Shown here: piece after piece, positions 33,053 through 41,304 of the stretch
How the letters are laid out: every line of letters starts with the position of its first letter
How positions within the stretch are numbered: position 1 is the stretch's first letter
NCBI GenBank assembly: GCA_003222035.1
Contig: QHUS01000050.1
Span: 43,064-107,063, forward strand
From: Gemmatimonadota bacterium
GTDB taxonomy: Bacteria; Gemmatimonadota; Gemmatimonadetes; Gemmatimonadales; GWC2-71-9
Direction of reading: 5' to 3'
DNA: 64,000 nucleotides
Notes under the pieces: model-generated
What the model saw: the letters and a program-made list of their open reading frames with translations, nothing else
What the model was told of the DNA's origin: nothing
Databases searched by the model: none
Position numbers and translations under genes: made by a program

Positions 33053-35247
33053 CCCCGCACCGCATTCTCCATCAGCTCCATCAATCTCTCCGGCGTCACC
33101 GGAATGGCTCGCGGATCGGTGCCCGTCGCGCGCGCCACCGCGTTGACGACCGCCGGCGCCGGCCCGTCGATCGGCAGCTCGCCCAATCCCTTCGCGCCGC
33201 CCGCGCCGTGCGGATAGGGATTCTCCACGAAGGCGACGCGCACCGGCGGCACGTCATCGGATGTAGGGATCAGGTAGTTGGTGAGTTGGTTGTTGGCCAT
33301 GGCGCCCTGCTGCCACTTGCACTCCTCCATGAGCGCCCAACCGATGCCCTGGACCACGCCGCCCTGGACCTGACCGCGGGCGAGGGTCGGGTTCAGCACC
33401 TTGCCAACCTCCTGGACGGCCACGAAGTCGATCACGCGCGCACCGCACGTGCGGAGATCGACCTCCACCTCGGTGACGTACGCGGCCCAGGCGAAGGCAC
33501 CGTACGCGTCGCCTCGATACGTCTTGTCGTCCCACTCGATGCCCGGAGGCCGTTCATAGGCCGCCTCGCCGATGGGGGGTTCACCGGGATGCTCTCGATG
33601 CCACCGCCTGATGGCATCCTTCACCGCCTGCCCCCGGCTCGCGTCGTCGAGCCCGACGCGGCGGCGCAGGTCGTCGCACGCCCGCTCGACCAGGCCGCCG
33701 ACGATCATCGTGGTGCGCGACGCCACCGTGGGGCCGCTGTTCGGGACCCGCGTCGTGTCCGCCTCGGCGATGATCACGTCGTCGGGCTCGAGTCCCAGTC
33801 GATTCGCCGCGAGCTCGGTGAACACCGTGAGTGTGCCCTGACCCATCTCGATGTTCGCGCTCAGCACCTCCACGCCGCCGTCCGCGCGGCCGGCCACGCG
33901 CAGCCGCGACTTGAGCGCCGCCTCGCCGCCGCCCGTGAATCCGGCCCCGTGATAGAACGTCGCGAGACCCATGCCCCGCCGCATGGTGGGGTGGGTCGCG
34001 TTGAAGCCGGCGTGCTCGTGCCCCTTCTCCCGATAGCGGGCGAGCTCGAGGGCCCGCTCCATCACCGCCACGCGGTCCGTCCCGTCCCGGATCACCTGAC
34101 CCGTGGCGGTCGTTTGACCGTCCTTGAGCAGGTTGACGCGCCGCAGCTCGACGGGATCCACGCCGAGCGTGCGCGCGATCACGTCCATGTGGCGCTCGCC
34201 CGCGAACTGGGACTGCGGCGCGCCAAACCCGCGGAACGCACCGAACGGCACGGCGTTCGTGAACATCGCGCGCCCCGTGATACGCACGTTGTCGCAGGCG
34301 TACGGACCGGCGGCGTGGATGATGGCGCGTGACAGGACCACAGGCGAGAGCGTCACGTACGCACCGCCATCGATCACCACTTCGATGTCCTGGGCGAGCA
34401 GCCGGCCGTCGCGCGCGAGTCCCGTGCGGTGCCGCACCAGCGCCGGGTGGCGCTTCGTGGTCGCGGCCATGTCCTCACCGCGATCGTAGATCAGCTTGAC
34501 CGGCCGGCCGCTCTTCAACGCCAGCAGCGCGGCGTGCAACGCGATGTGCGAAGGGAACTCTTCCTTGCCGCCGAATCCGCCGCCCGTGGGCGTTTGGATC
34601 ACCCGGACGCGCGTTTCGTCGCGGCCGAGCGCGTGCTGCAGCGCCTTGAGCACGTAGTACGGGCACTGCATCGAGCCCTTCACCACGAGGACGCCGCCCT
34701 CCAGATAGGCGATCATCCCCTGGGTCTCCAGGTACACGTGCTCCTGGGCGCCGGTCTCGTACGTGCCGGCGACGACCACCGGGGCGCGAGCGAGCGCGCG
34801 CTCTACGTCGCCTTTCTCGATCTTTAAATGCTTGAGCACGTTGTCCTTGCCGTACTGGATCTGCGCCGGGGCCGGGACGGCGCGGAAATCCAGGGCGGCT
34901 GGCTCCTCCGCGACCACGACTTCCACGGCTCGCGCGGCGCTCCGTACTGCCGCGCGCGACCGGTGGGCGAGCAGGAGGACGGGCTCGTGCACGTGCCGCA
35001 CGGATTCCGCCGCGAGCACCGGCTGGTCCTGCTCGATCAAGGCCACGACGTTCGGTCCCGGGATGTCGCGATGATCGACGACGACGAACCGAGACCAGTC
35101 GATGTCCTTGCCGAAGCGGACGCTCGCAATGCGGCCGCGCGGGGCGGGACTCCGCACCGTCATGCCCCACAGGAAGTCGTCGAGCGGGAGATCGTCCACG
35201 TACCGCTCGCGTCCCGTGAGCTTCGCGAGTGCTTCACGACGCAGCAT
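33049..35247 (-). CDS. xanthine dehydrogenase molybdopterin-binding large subunit
   Basis: Internal ATG (codon 175): MLRREALAKLTGRERYVDDL. GGGFGGKE, AFRGFGAPQ (XDH-type active-site loop). The upstream 174 codons of the track ORF are shadow sequence. Confidence 0.9.
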   Translation of the reverse strand: MLRREALAKLTGRERYVDDLPLDDFLWGMTVRSPAPRGRIASVRFGKDIDWSRFVVVDHRDIPGPNVVALIEQDQPVLAAESVRHVHEPVLLLAHRSRAAVRSAARAVEVVVAEEPAALDFRAVPAPAQIQYGKDNVLKHLKIEKGDVERALARAPVVVAGTYETGAQEHVYLETQGMIAYLEGGVLVVKGSMQCPYYVLKALQHALGRDETRVRVIQTPTGGGFGGKEEFPSHIALHAALLALKSGRPVKLIYDRGEDMAATTKRHPALVRHRTGLARDGRLLAQDIEVVIDGGAYVTLSPVVLSRAIIHAAGPYACDNVRITGRAMFTNAVPFGAFRGFGAPQSQFAGERHMDVIARTLGVDPVELRRVNLLKDGQTTATGQVIRDGTDRVAVMERALELARYREKGHEHAGFNATHPTMRRGMGLATFYHGAGFTGGGEAALKSRLRVAGRADGGVEVLSANIEMGQGTLTVFTELAANRLGLEPDDVIIAEADTTRVPNSGPTVASRTTMIVGGLVERACDDLRRRVGLDDASRGQAVKDAIRRWHREHPGEPPIGEAAYERPPGIEWDDKTYRGDAYGAFAWAAYVTEVEVDLRTCGARVIDFVAVQEVGKVLNPTLARGQVQGGVVQGIGWALMEECKWQQGAMANNQLTNYLIPTSDDVPPVRVAFVENPYPHGAGGAKGLGELPIDGPAPAVVNAVARATGTDPRAIPVTPERLMELMENAVRG

Positions 35248-35307
35248 GCTGGAATTCTGTCTTCTTGCTGCGCTCACGGCCAGGGCGTAACGTTGCGCAC
35301 CTTGAGC

Positions 35308-35787
35308 ATGACGCTGGGTGTCACCGTCAATGGCGCGCGATACGAGCGCGCCGTCGAGCCGCGGCTGCTCCTCTCTGACTTCTTGCGCCACGAGCTGGGC
35401 CTCACGGGCACGCACGTCGGGTGCGAGCACGGCGTGTGCGGCGCGTGCACCGTCCTCCTGGACGGCGAAGCCGTGCGGTCGTGTCTCATGTTCGCGATCC
35501 AGGCTGACGAGCACGAGATCACGACGGTCGAGGGCCTGGCACCGAGCTCGGGAGACACGTTGCATCCGCTGCAGGCCGCCTTCCGCGAGGCGCACGGCTT
35601 GCAGTGCGGCTTCTGCACGCCGGGCGTCCTCATGACGCTCGTCCCGTTCTTGCGCGACCACCCGGATCCCGACGAGCGAGCGATCCGCGAGGCCCTGTCG
35701 GGCAACCTGTGTCGCTGCACCGGCTACCAGAACATCGTCGTGGCCGTAAGGCACGCCTGTGACGCACACTCAACGCCAGATCGGTGA
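35308..35787 (+). CDS. (2Fe-2S)-binding small subunit of a CoxSLM-like Mo-hydroxylase
   Basis: CEHGVCGACTV and CGFCTPG...GNLCRCTGY. Start at internal ATG (codon 161). Confidence 0.9.
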   Translation: MTLGVTVNGARYERAVEPRLLLSDFLRHELGLTGTHVGCEHGVCGACTVLLDGEAVRSCLMFAIQADEHEITTVEGLAPSSGDTLHPLQAAFREAHGLQCGFCTPGVLMTLVPFLRDHPDPDERAIREALSGNLCRCTGYQNIVVAVRHACDAHSTPDR

Positions 35788-38101
35788 GTCGGTACGACGC
35801 AACGAAGATGCGCGGCTCCTCACGGGTCGCGCGCTCTTCGTGGACGACGTACGGCTCGACGGCATGCTGCACGTCGCTTTTCTCCGAAGCCAGCACGCCC
35901 ACGCCCGCCTCTCGAGCGTGGATGCGTCCGCCGCTCGCACGCGACCGGGCGTCGTCGCCGTGTACACCGCGAGCGATCTGGGCGACTACTGGCGTCCCGG
36001 CCCGCTGCTCGTGCCGCCCCCGCCCATCGCCGGCCTGGTCTTCAACACCTGCACGCAGGTACCGCTCGCGAAGGACAAGCTGCGCCACGTGGGCGAGCCG
36101 ATCGCGATGGTCGTGGCGGAGAGCCGCTACGTGGCCGAAGATGCGCTCGACGACATCGTGGTTGAGGCGGAGCCCCTGCCGGCCGTGGTGGATCTCGAAG
36201 CCGCGCTTGCCGCAGGGACGCCGCGCGTGCACGACCAGCTGCCCTCGAACCTGGCAGCGCACGCCGTGCAACGAAAAGGAGACTACGCGCGGGCCAGAGC
36301 CCAGGCTCACACGGTGATCGCCCGCCGGTTCCGCTACGATCGCGGCGTGTCGGCCGCGATCGAGAACCGCGCCGTCGTCGCGCAATGGGACCCGCACGCC
36401 GAAGAGCTCACGGTGTGGGACACCACGCAAGCGCCGATCCCCATCCGCAATGGCTTGGCCCAGCTGCTCGGGCTGCTCGAGTCGCAGGTGCGCGTCGTCG
36501 CACCGTTCGTCGGGGGCGGGTTCGGCCCCAAGATCATGATGTATTACCCGGAGGAAGTGCTGATCCCGTGGGCCGCGATGCGGCTCGGCCGGCCCGTCAA
36601 ATGGACTGAGGACCGCCAGGAGAACTTCTTCGCGACCACGCAGGAGCGTGGCCAGATCCACGACGCCGAGCTCGCGGTCACCAAGGACGGAACGATCCTC
36701 GGCGTGCGGGATGTGTTCCTGCACGATACGGGCGCGTACGATCCCTACGGTCTCACGGTGCCGATCAACAGCCAATGCACGCTGCTCGGGCCCTACGACA
36801 TTCCCAACTACGAGAGCGAGTTCACCGCCGTCTTCACGAACAAGACGATCGTGACTCCCGTGCGCGGCGCGGGCCGCCAGCATGGCGTGTTCGTGATCGA
36901 GCGCCTGCTCGATTTCGCCGCGAAAGAGCTGCGGATCGACCGCGCCGAGATCCGGCGCCGCAACCTCCTGCGACCGGAGCAGTTCCCGTTCGACAACCAG
37001 ATCCTGTTCCAGGACTCGGCACCGCTCACCTACGACAGCGGCGACTACGAGCCGGCGCTGGACACGGCGCTCGAGGTCATCGACTACAAGCGGTTCGTCG
37101 GGGAAGAGCAACCGCGGTTGCGCGCCGCGGGCCGACACGTGGGTATCGGCGTGGTGTGCTACGTCGAAGGGACGGGGATCGGGCCGTACGAGGGCGCCCG
37201 CGTCACCGTCGAGCCGAGCGGGCGCGTGCGACTGGCCACGGGAGTGGGGACGCAGGGGCAGGGACACTTCACCGTGTTCGCCCAGATCGTGGCCGAGGCG
37301 CTGGGCGTCGAGGTGTCCGACGTCCACGTCATCACGGGCGACACGCGGGAGTTCCACTGGGGCACGGGCACGTTCGCGAGTCGCGGCGCCGTCGTCGCCG
37401 GGAGCGCGTGCCATGCCGCGGCCGCGCGAGTGCGCGAGAAGATCCTCGAGCTGGCGAGTCACGAGCTCGAGGCGGCTCAGGCGGACCTGGTGCTCGAGGG
37501 CGGACGAGTGCACGTGCGCGGCGACCCAACGGGTGGGATCGCGCTCGGCGCCCTGGCCCTCAAGGCGAACCCGTTGCGCGGCGCGGTGCGGCCCGGCACA
37601 GAGCCGGGCCTGGAGGCCACGGCGTACTTCGGGCCCGACCGCGGCAGCACCGCGAGCGGCGTACACGCGATGCTCGTCGAGGTGGACCCCGAGACAGCGC
37701 AGGTGGAGATCAAGCGATATGTGGTGGTGCATGACTGCGGCCGGGTCATCAACCCGATGATCGTCGAGGGCCAGATCCAGGGCGGCGTGGCGCACGGCAT
37801 CGGGAACGCGTTCTACGAACAGCTGGTCTACGACGACGAGGGGCAGCTCCTGAATGCGTCGTTCATGGACTATCTGCTGCCCACGGCCACCGACGTGCCC
37901 AATGTAGAAACGATCCACCGCGAGACGCTCTCGCCCTTGAACCCCCTGGGAGCGAAGGGTGTGGGTGAGGCAGGCGCGATTCCCACAGGTGCCCTATTCG
38001 CCCAAGCCGTGGAGGACGCGCTGGCCGGGTCTGGACTCGAGATCCTCGAGATCCCCCTCAGCCCGACCAGGCTGTTCGAGTTGATGGAGAGGCCGCGGTG
38101 A
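35759..38101 (+). CDS. molybdopterin-binding large subunit, CoxL-like (not form I CO dehydrogenase)
   Basis: GESVRRNEDARLLTG N-terminus, GGGFGPK. The active-site loop reads PVRGAGR (form II/other type) rather than AYxCSFR. Confidence 0.9.
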   Translation: MTHTQRQIGESVRRNEDARLLTGRALFVDDVRLDGMLHVAFLRSQHAHARLSSVDASAARTRPGVVAVYTASDLGDYWRPGPLLVPPPPIAGLVFNTCTQVPLAKDKLRHVGEPIAMVVAESRYVAEDALDDIVVEAEPLPAVVDLEAALAAGTPRVHDQLPSNLAAHAVQRKGDYARARAQAHTVIARRFRYDRGVSAAIENRAVVAQWDPHAEELTVWDTTQAPIPIRNGLAQLLGLLESQVRVVAPFVGGGFGPKIMMYYPEEVLIPWAAMRLGRPVKWTEDRQENFFATTQERGQIHDAELAVTKDGTILGVRDVFLHDTGAYDPYGLTVPINSQCTLLGPYDIPNYESEFTAVFTNKTIVTPVRGAGRQHGVFVIERLLDFAAKELRIDRAEIRRRNLLRPEQFPFDNQILFQDSAPLTYDSGDYEPALDTALEVIDYKRFVGEEQPRLRAAGRHVGIGVVCYVEGTGIGPYEGARVTVEPSGRVRLATGVGTQGQGHFTVFAQIVAEALGVEVSDVHVITGDTREFHWGTGTFASRGAVVAGSACHAAAARVREKILELASHELEAAQADLVLEGGRVHVRGDPTGGIALGALALKANPLRGAVRPGTEPGLEATAYFGPDRGSTASGVHAMLVEVDPETAQVEIKRYVVVHDCGRVINPMIVEGQIQGGVAHGIGNAFYEQLVYDDEGQLLNASFMDYLLPTATDVPNVETIHRETLSPLNPLGAKGVGEAGAIPTGALFAQAVEDALAGSGLEILEIPLSPTRLFELMERPR

Positions 38102-38988
38102 AACCGGCGGCGTTCGAGTATTTCGCGCCCGCGACGGTGGACCAGGCTCTTGCGCTCCTGGCCGCACATGGCGGTGAGGCGAAGCCCCTCGCGGGAGGAC
38201 AGAGCCTCATCCCGGCGATGAACTTTCGACTGGCCCGACCCCGAGCGCTCGTGGACTTGAATCGCATCGCGGAGCTTTCGTACATCCGGTCGGCGAAGGG
38301 TGGCACGACGATCGGCGCCATGACGCGGCAGCGCGCCGTCGAGCAGAGCGACGTCGTGACGCGCGGGGCGCCGCTCCTCGCGGAGGCGATGCCCGCAATC
38401 GCGCACCCCCAGATCCGCAACCGCGGGACGATCGGGGGCAGCCTCGCGCACGCCGATCCATCCGCCGAGCTGCCGGCCGTGATGCTGGCATTGGACGCGG
38501 CATTTCGGGCACGGAGCGTCACCGGCGAGCGCACCATCCCCGCGAGCGAGTTCTTCAAGGGCATGCTCGAAACGGCGCTCGCGCCGGACGAGCTGCTCGT
38601 GGAGATCGGTCTCCGTCCGATGCCGGACCGGAGCGGCACCGCGTTCCTCGAGGTGGCGCGCCGCCACGGCGACTACGCCCTGGTCGGGATCGCCGTCGTG
38701 GTAACCCTCGATGGGCAAGGCCGATGCAAAGCCGCGCGGATCGCGCTCCTCAGCGTGGGTGACGGCCCTGTGCTCGCGGTCGAGGCGGGGAAGACACTCA
38801 CAGGCCAGGTCCCGTCTGCCGAGATGGTGCGCGCCGCCGCGGATGCAGCCGCGACGCGCGATGTGGATCCGCCGTCCGACATCCACGCGTCCGCCGCCTA
38901 CCGGCGTCGGCTCGTCGCGGTGCTGACGCGGCGGGCGCTCGGGCGGGCGTTCGAGCGGGCGGGGGCAACCCAACGGGGGCGGTCGTGA
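38098..38988 (+). CDS. FAD-binding medium subunit (CoxM-like)
   Basis: GTGA overlap. AGGQSLIP FAD motif, GTIGGSLAHADP, 296 aa. Confidence 0.85.
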   Translation: MKPAAFEYFAPATVDQALALLAAHGGEAKPLAGGQSLIPAMNFRLARPRALVDLNRIAELSYIRSAKGGTTIGAMTRQRAVEQSDVVTRGAPLLAEAMPAIAHPQIRNRGTIGGSLAHADPSAELPAVMLALDAAFRARSVTGERTIPASEFFKGMLETALAPDELLVEIGLRPMPDRSGTAFLEVARRHGDYALVGIAVVVTLDGQGRCKAARIALLSVGDGPVLAVEAGKTLTGQVPSAEMVRAAADAAATRDVDPPSDIHASAAYRRRLVAVLTRRALGRAFERAGATQRGRS

Positions 38989-39006
38989 CGTGCACCAGCG
39001 CACCTA

Positions 39007-39089
39007 ATTGCGGATTTCGGATTGCGGAATGCGGATTGGCAATGCGAGCCCGCTCTAGCCGAGTGACCCTCGTCCGTCAAATCCGCAAT
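39007..39089 (+). promoter_or_regulatory. AT-rich heptamer repeat array plus 11-bp inverted repeat upstream of the cyclase gene
   Basis: TTGCGGA at 39009 and 39022, TGCGGAT at 39030, degenerate ttcggat/aatgcga. attgcggattt (39007-39017) is the exact reverse complement of aaatccgcaat (39079-39089). Confidence 0.35.
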
Positions 39090-39115
39090 GTCGTCTCCCC
39101 GGAGGGTTCCCCGCG

Positions 39116-39913
39116 ATGAAGATCTACGATCTTTCGCAGCCCCTAAACGAGCGCAGCTCCTTCTGGCCCTACTACCCGCCGTTCGAGGTGAAGTACATCA
39201 AGCGCAAGGCCGAGCACGGGGTGAACGCGCAGTACATCATGACGTCGAACCATATGGGCACGCACCTGGACGCGCCGCGCCATTTCGTCACGGCGGGCAA
39301 GACGATCGACGAGCTGCCGCTCGAGTGGCTGTGCGGTCCCGGCGTGATCGTGGACTTGAGGGACGAGATGGATGAGCTGGCGGTGTACACGCCGCAGATG
39401 ATCGAGAAGCGCGTGCCGGTGAAGCAGGGGGACATCCTGCTGCTGCACACAGGGTGGCACAAGTACGCCGACTTCGGTGCCACCCCGGACGAGGAGCGCT
39501 ACTACCACTATCACCCCGGCGCGCATCCCGACCTCGTGCCCTGGCTGCTCGAGAAGAAGGTCCACGTCTGGGGCGTGGACTGCGTGTCCACCGATCACCC
39601 GATGAACCTGCCGATCGGACGATTTCTCGGGAAAGGCATGCATGGCCAATGTGACAAGGTGCGTGCCAAGGCCGAGCAGAAATTCGGCGGCAAGGCCGCG
39701 GTCGATAAGATGTTCCCCGACACGGCGTACCAGCTCACCCACAACGCTCTGTTCCCGAAGGATTGCATCCATATCGAGAACCTGGGCGGAGAGATCGAGG
39801 CGCCCGAGCTCCAGAACAAGCGGCTGATCGTCGGCTGCTTCCCGTGGAAGTTCAAGGGTGGCGAAGCCGCCTTCGCGCGCACCGTCGCTTTTGTGGGGGA
39901 ATGGACGATCTAG
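39116..39913 (+). CDS. cyclase family protein (kynurenine formamidase-like fold)
   Basis: GGAGGG Shine-Dalgarno. MGTHLDAPRHF motif typical of putative cyclase/arylformamidase proteins. GDILLLHTGW. Confidence 0.85.
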   Translation: MKIYDLSQPLNERSSFWPYYPPFEVKYIKRKAEHGVNAQYIMTSNHMGTHLDAPRHFVTAGKTIDELPLEWLCGPGVIVDLRDEMDELAVYTPQMIEKRVPVKQGDILLLHTGWHKYADFGATPDEERYYHYHPGAHPDLVPWLLEKKVHVWGVDCVSTDHPMNLPIGRFLGKGMHGQCDKVRAKAEQKFGGKAAVDKMFPDTAYQLTHNALFPKDCIHIENLGGEIEAPELQNKRLIVGCFPWKFKGGEAAFARTVAFVGEWTI

Positions 39914-41304
39914 CCGACCGCCCGGCCGGCGAGCTGGCTCGGCTCGTCGCGAAACGCGAGGTCTCGCCGGTGGAGGTCGTGGAGGCGTGTCTCGCGCGCG
40001 TGGAACGCTACAATCCGCTGATCAACGCGGTGGTAACGCTCAACCCGCGCGCGCTCGACGACGCGCGTGCACTCGAGCAGCGGCTGGCACAGGGCGTGGA
40101 GGTCGGGCTCCTCGCCGGGGTGCCGGTCGGCATCAAGGACGTGACGCCGGTCGCTGGCCTGCGCACCACGTACGGCTCACCGCTGTACCGGGATCACGTA
40201 CCTGTGGAGGATGCCCTGGTAGTGCAGCGACTGCGTGCCGCCGGCGCGATCATTCTGGGCAAGACCAACTGTCCCGAGTTCGCCGCCGGCGGCAACACGT
40301 TCAACGAGGTGTTCGGCCGGACGCGCAACCCCTGGGATCCCACGAGGAGCGCCGGCGGGTCGACCGGCGGCGGCGCGGCAGGGCTCGTGACCGGGATGAT
40401 CGCGCTCGCGGAAGGCACCGACCTGGGCGGCTCGCTGCGCATTCCCGCGTCGTTCTGCGGCGTGGTGGGGCTGCGCCCGTCGGTGGGGCTGGTGCCCACC
40501 TATCCGGCCGATTGGCTGTGGGACACGCTGCAGGTCGAGGGCCCGGTGGCCCGCACGGCGGCGGACGTCGCGATGATGCTTCAGGCGGTGAGCGGTCCCA
40601 GCCCGCTGGCCCCGCTGGCGCAGCCGCGTGACGGGCGGAATTTCGTCGCCGCGGTGGAACGCGGTGTGCGCAAAGGACTGCGGCTCGCCTACTGTCGAGA
40701 CATCGCGGGGATCGGCGTGGATCCCGCAATCGAGCAGGTGTGCGCCCGTGCGGCGCGAGGGCTCGAGGAGATCGGCGCTGCCGTGGAAGAGATCGCGTTC
40801 GACCTCGCCTTCGGACGCAAGGCGTTCCTGGCTCTGCGCGGCCTGTGGTTCGTGGCGCAGATGTATCCACGGTTGGATCAGCTGGAACGGTTCGGCCAGA
40901 ATGTCGCGGGCAATATCCGGGCCGGGCTGGGCACCACGACCCTGGAGCTGGGGGTTGCCGAGGAGGCGCGCACTCGAATCTGGCGCATATTCCGCGATTT
41001 GTTCGAGAAATTCGACCACCTTCTCACGCCGTGTATGGCGGTCCCGCCGTTTGCGGTGGAGCAGAACTATCCCGAGACCGTGGCCGGCAGGAAGATGGAG
41101 ACGTACGTGGACTGGCTCGCGCCCACGTTCGTGTTGAGCCTCACGGGTCTTCCGGTGGCGTCGGTGCCGTGCGGGCTCGATCCCGACGGCCTACCCGTGG
41201 GTCTGCAGATCGTGGGAAAGCCACAGGGGGAGGAGGCGGTGCTGGCGCTGGCCGCCCGGCTCCAGCACCGCCATCCCCTCGGCCGTCCAAAACTGCGCGT
41301 CTAG
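39901..41304 (+). CDS. amidase (amidase-signature family)
   Basis: Internal ATG (codon 47), 13-nt overlap with the cyclase gene. GGSTGGGAA...GTDLGGSLRIPASFCG amidase signature. Confidence 0.9.
   Translation: MDDLADRPAGELARLVAKREVSPVEVVEACLARVERYNPLINAVVTLNPRALDDARALEQRLAQGVEVGLLAGVPVGIKDVTPVAGLRTTYGSPLYRDHVPVEDALVVQRLRAAGAIILGKTNCPEFAAGGNTFNEVFGRTRNPWDPTRSAGGSTGGGAAGLVTGMIALAEGTDLGGSLRIPASFCGVVGLRPSVGLVPTYPADWLWDTLQVEGPVARTAADVAMMLQAVSGPSPLAPLAQPRDGRNFVAAVERGVRKGLRLAYCRDIAGIGVDPAIEQVCARAARGLEEIGAAVEEIAFDLAFGRKAFLALRGLWFVAQMYPRLDQLERFGQNVAGNIRAGLGTTTLELGVAEEARTRIWRIFRDLFEKFDHLLTPCMAVPPFAVEQNYPETVAGRKMETYVDWLAPTFVLSLTGLPVASVPCGLDPDGLPVGLQIVGKPQGEEAVLALAARLQHRHPLGRPKLRV

Noticed and set aside
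35630-37918. 762-aa minus-strand ORF
   Set aside because: It is antisense to the well-supported CoxL-like gene. Composition is low-complexity Arg/Asp/Val/His with no motifs. Shadow ORF.
35759-38101. Calling this large subunit a carbon monoxide dehydrogenase (coxL)
   Set aside because: The active-site loop reads VRGAGR rather than the form I AYxCSFR signature. The downstream genes are hydrolases rather than coxDEFG accessory genes, so I call it only a CoxL-like Mo-hydroxylase.
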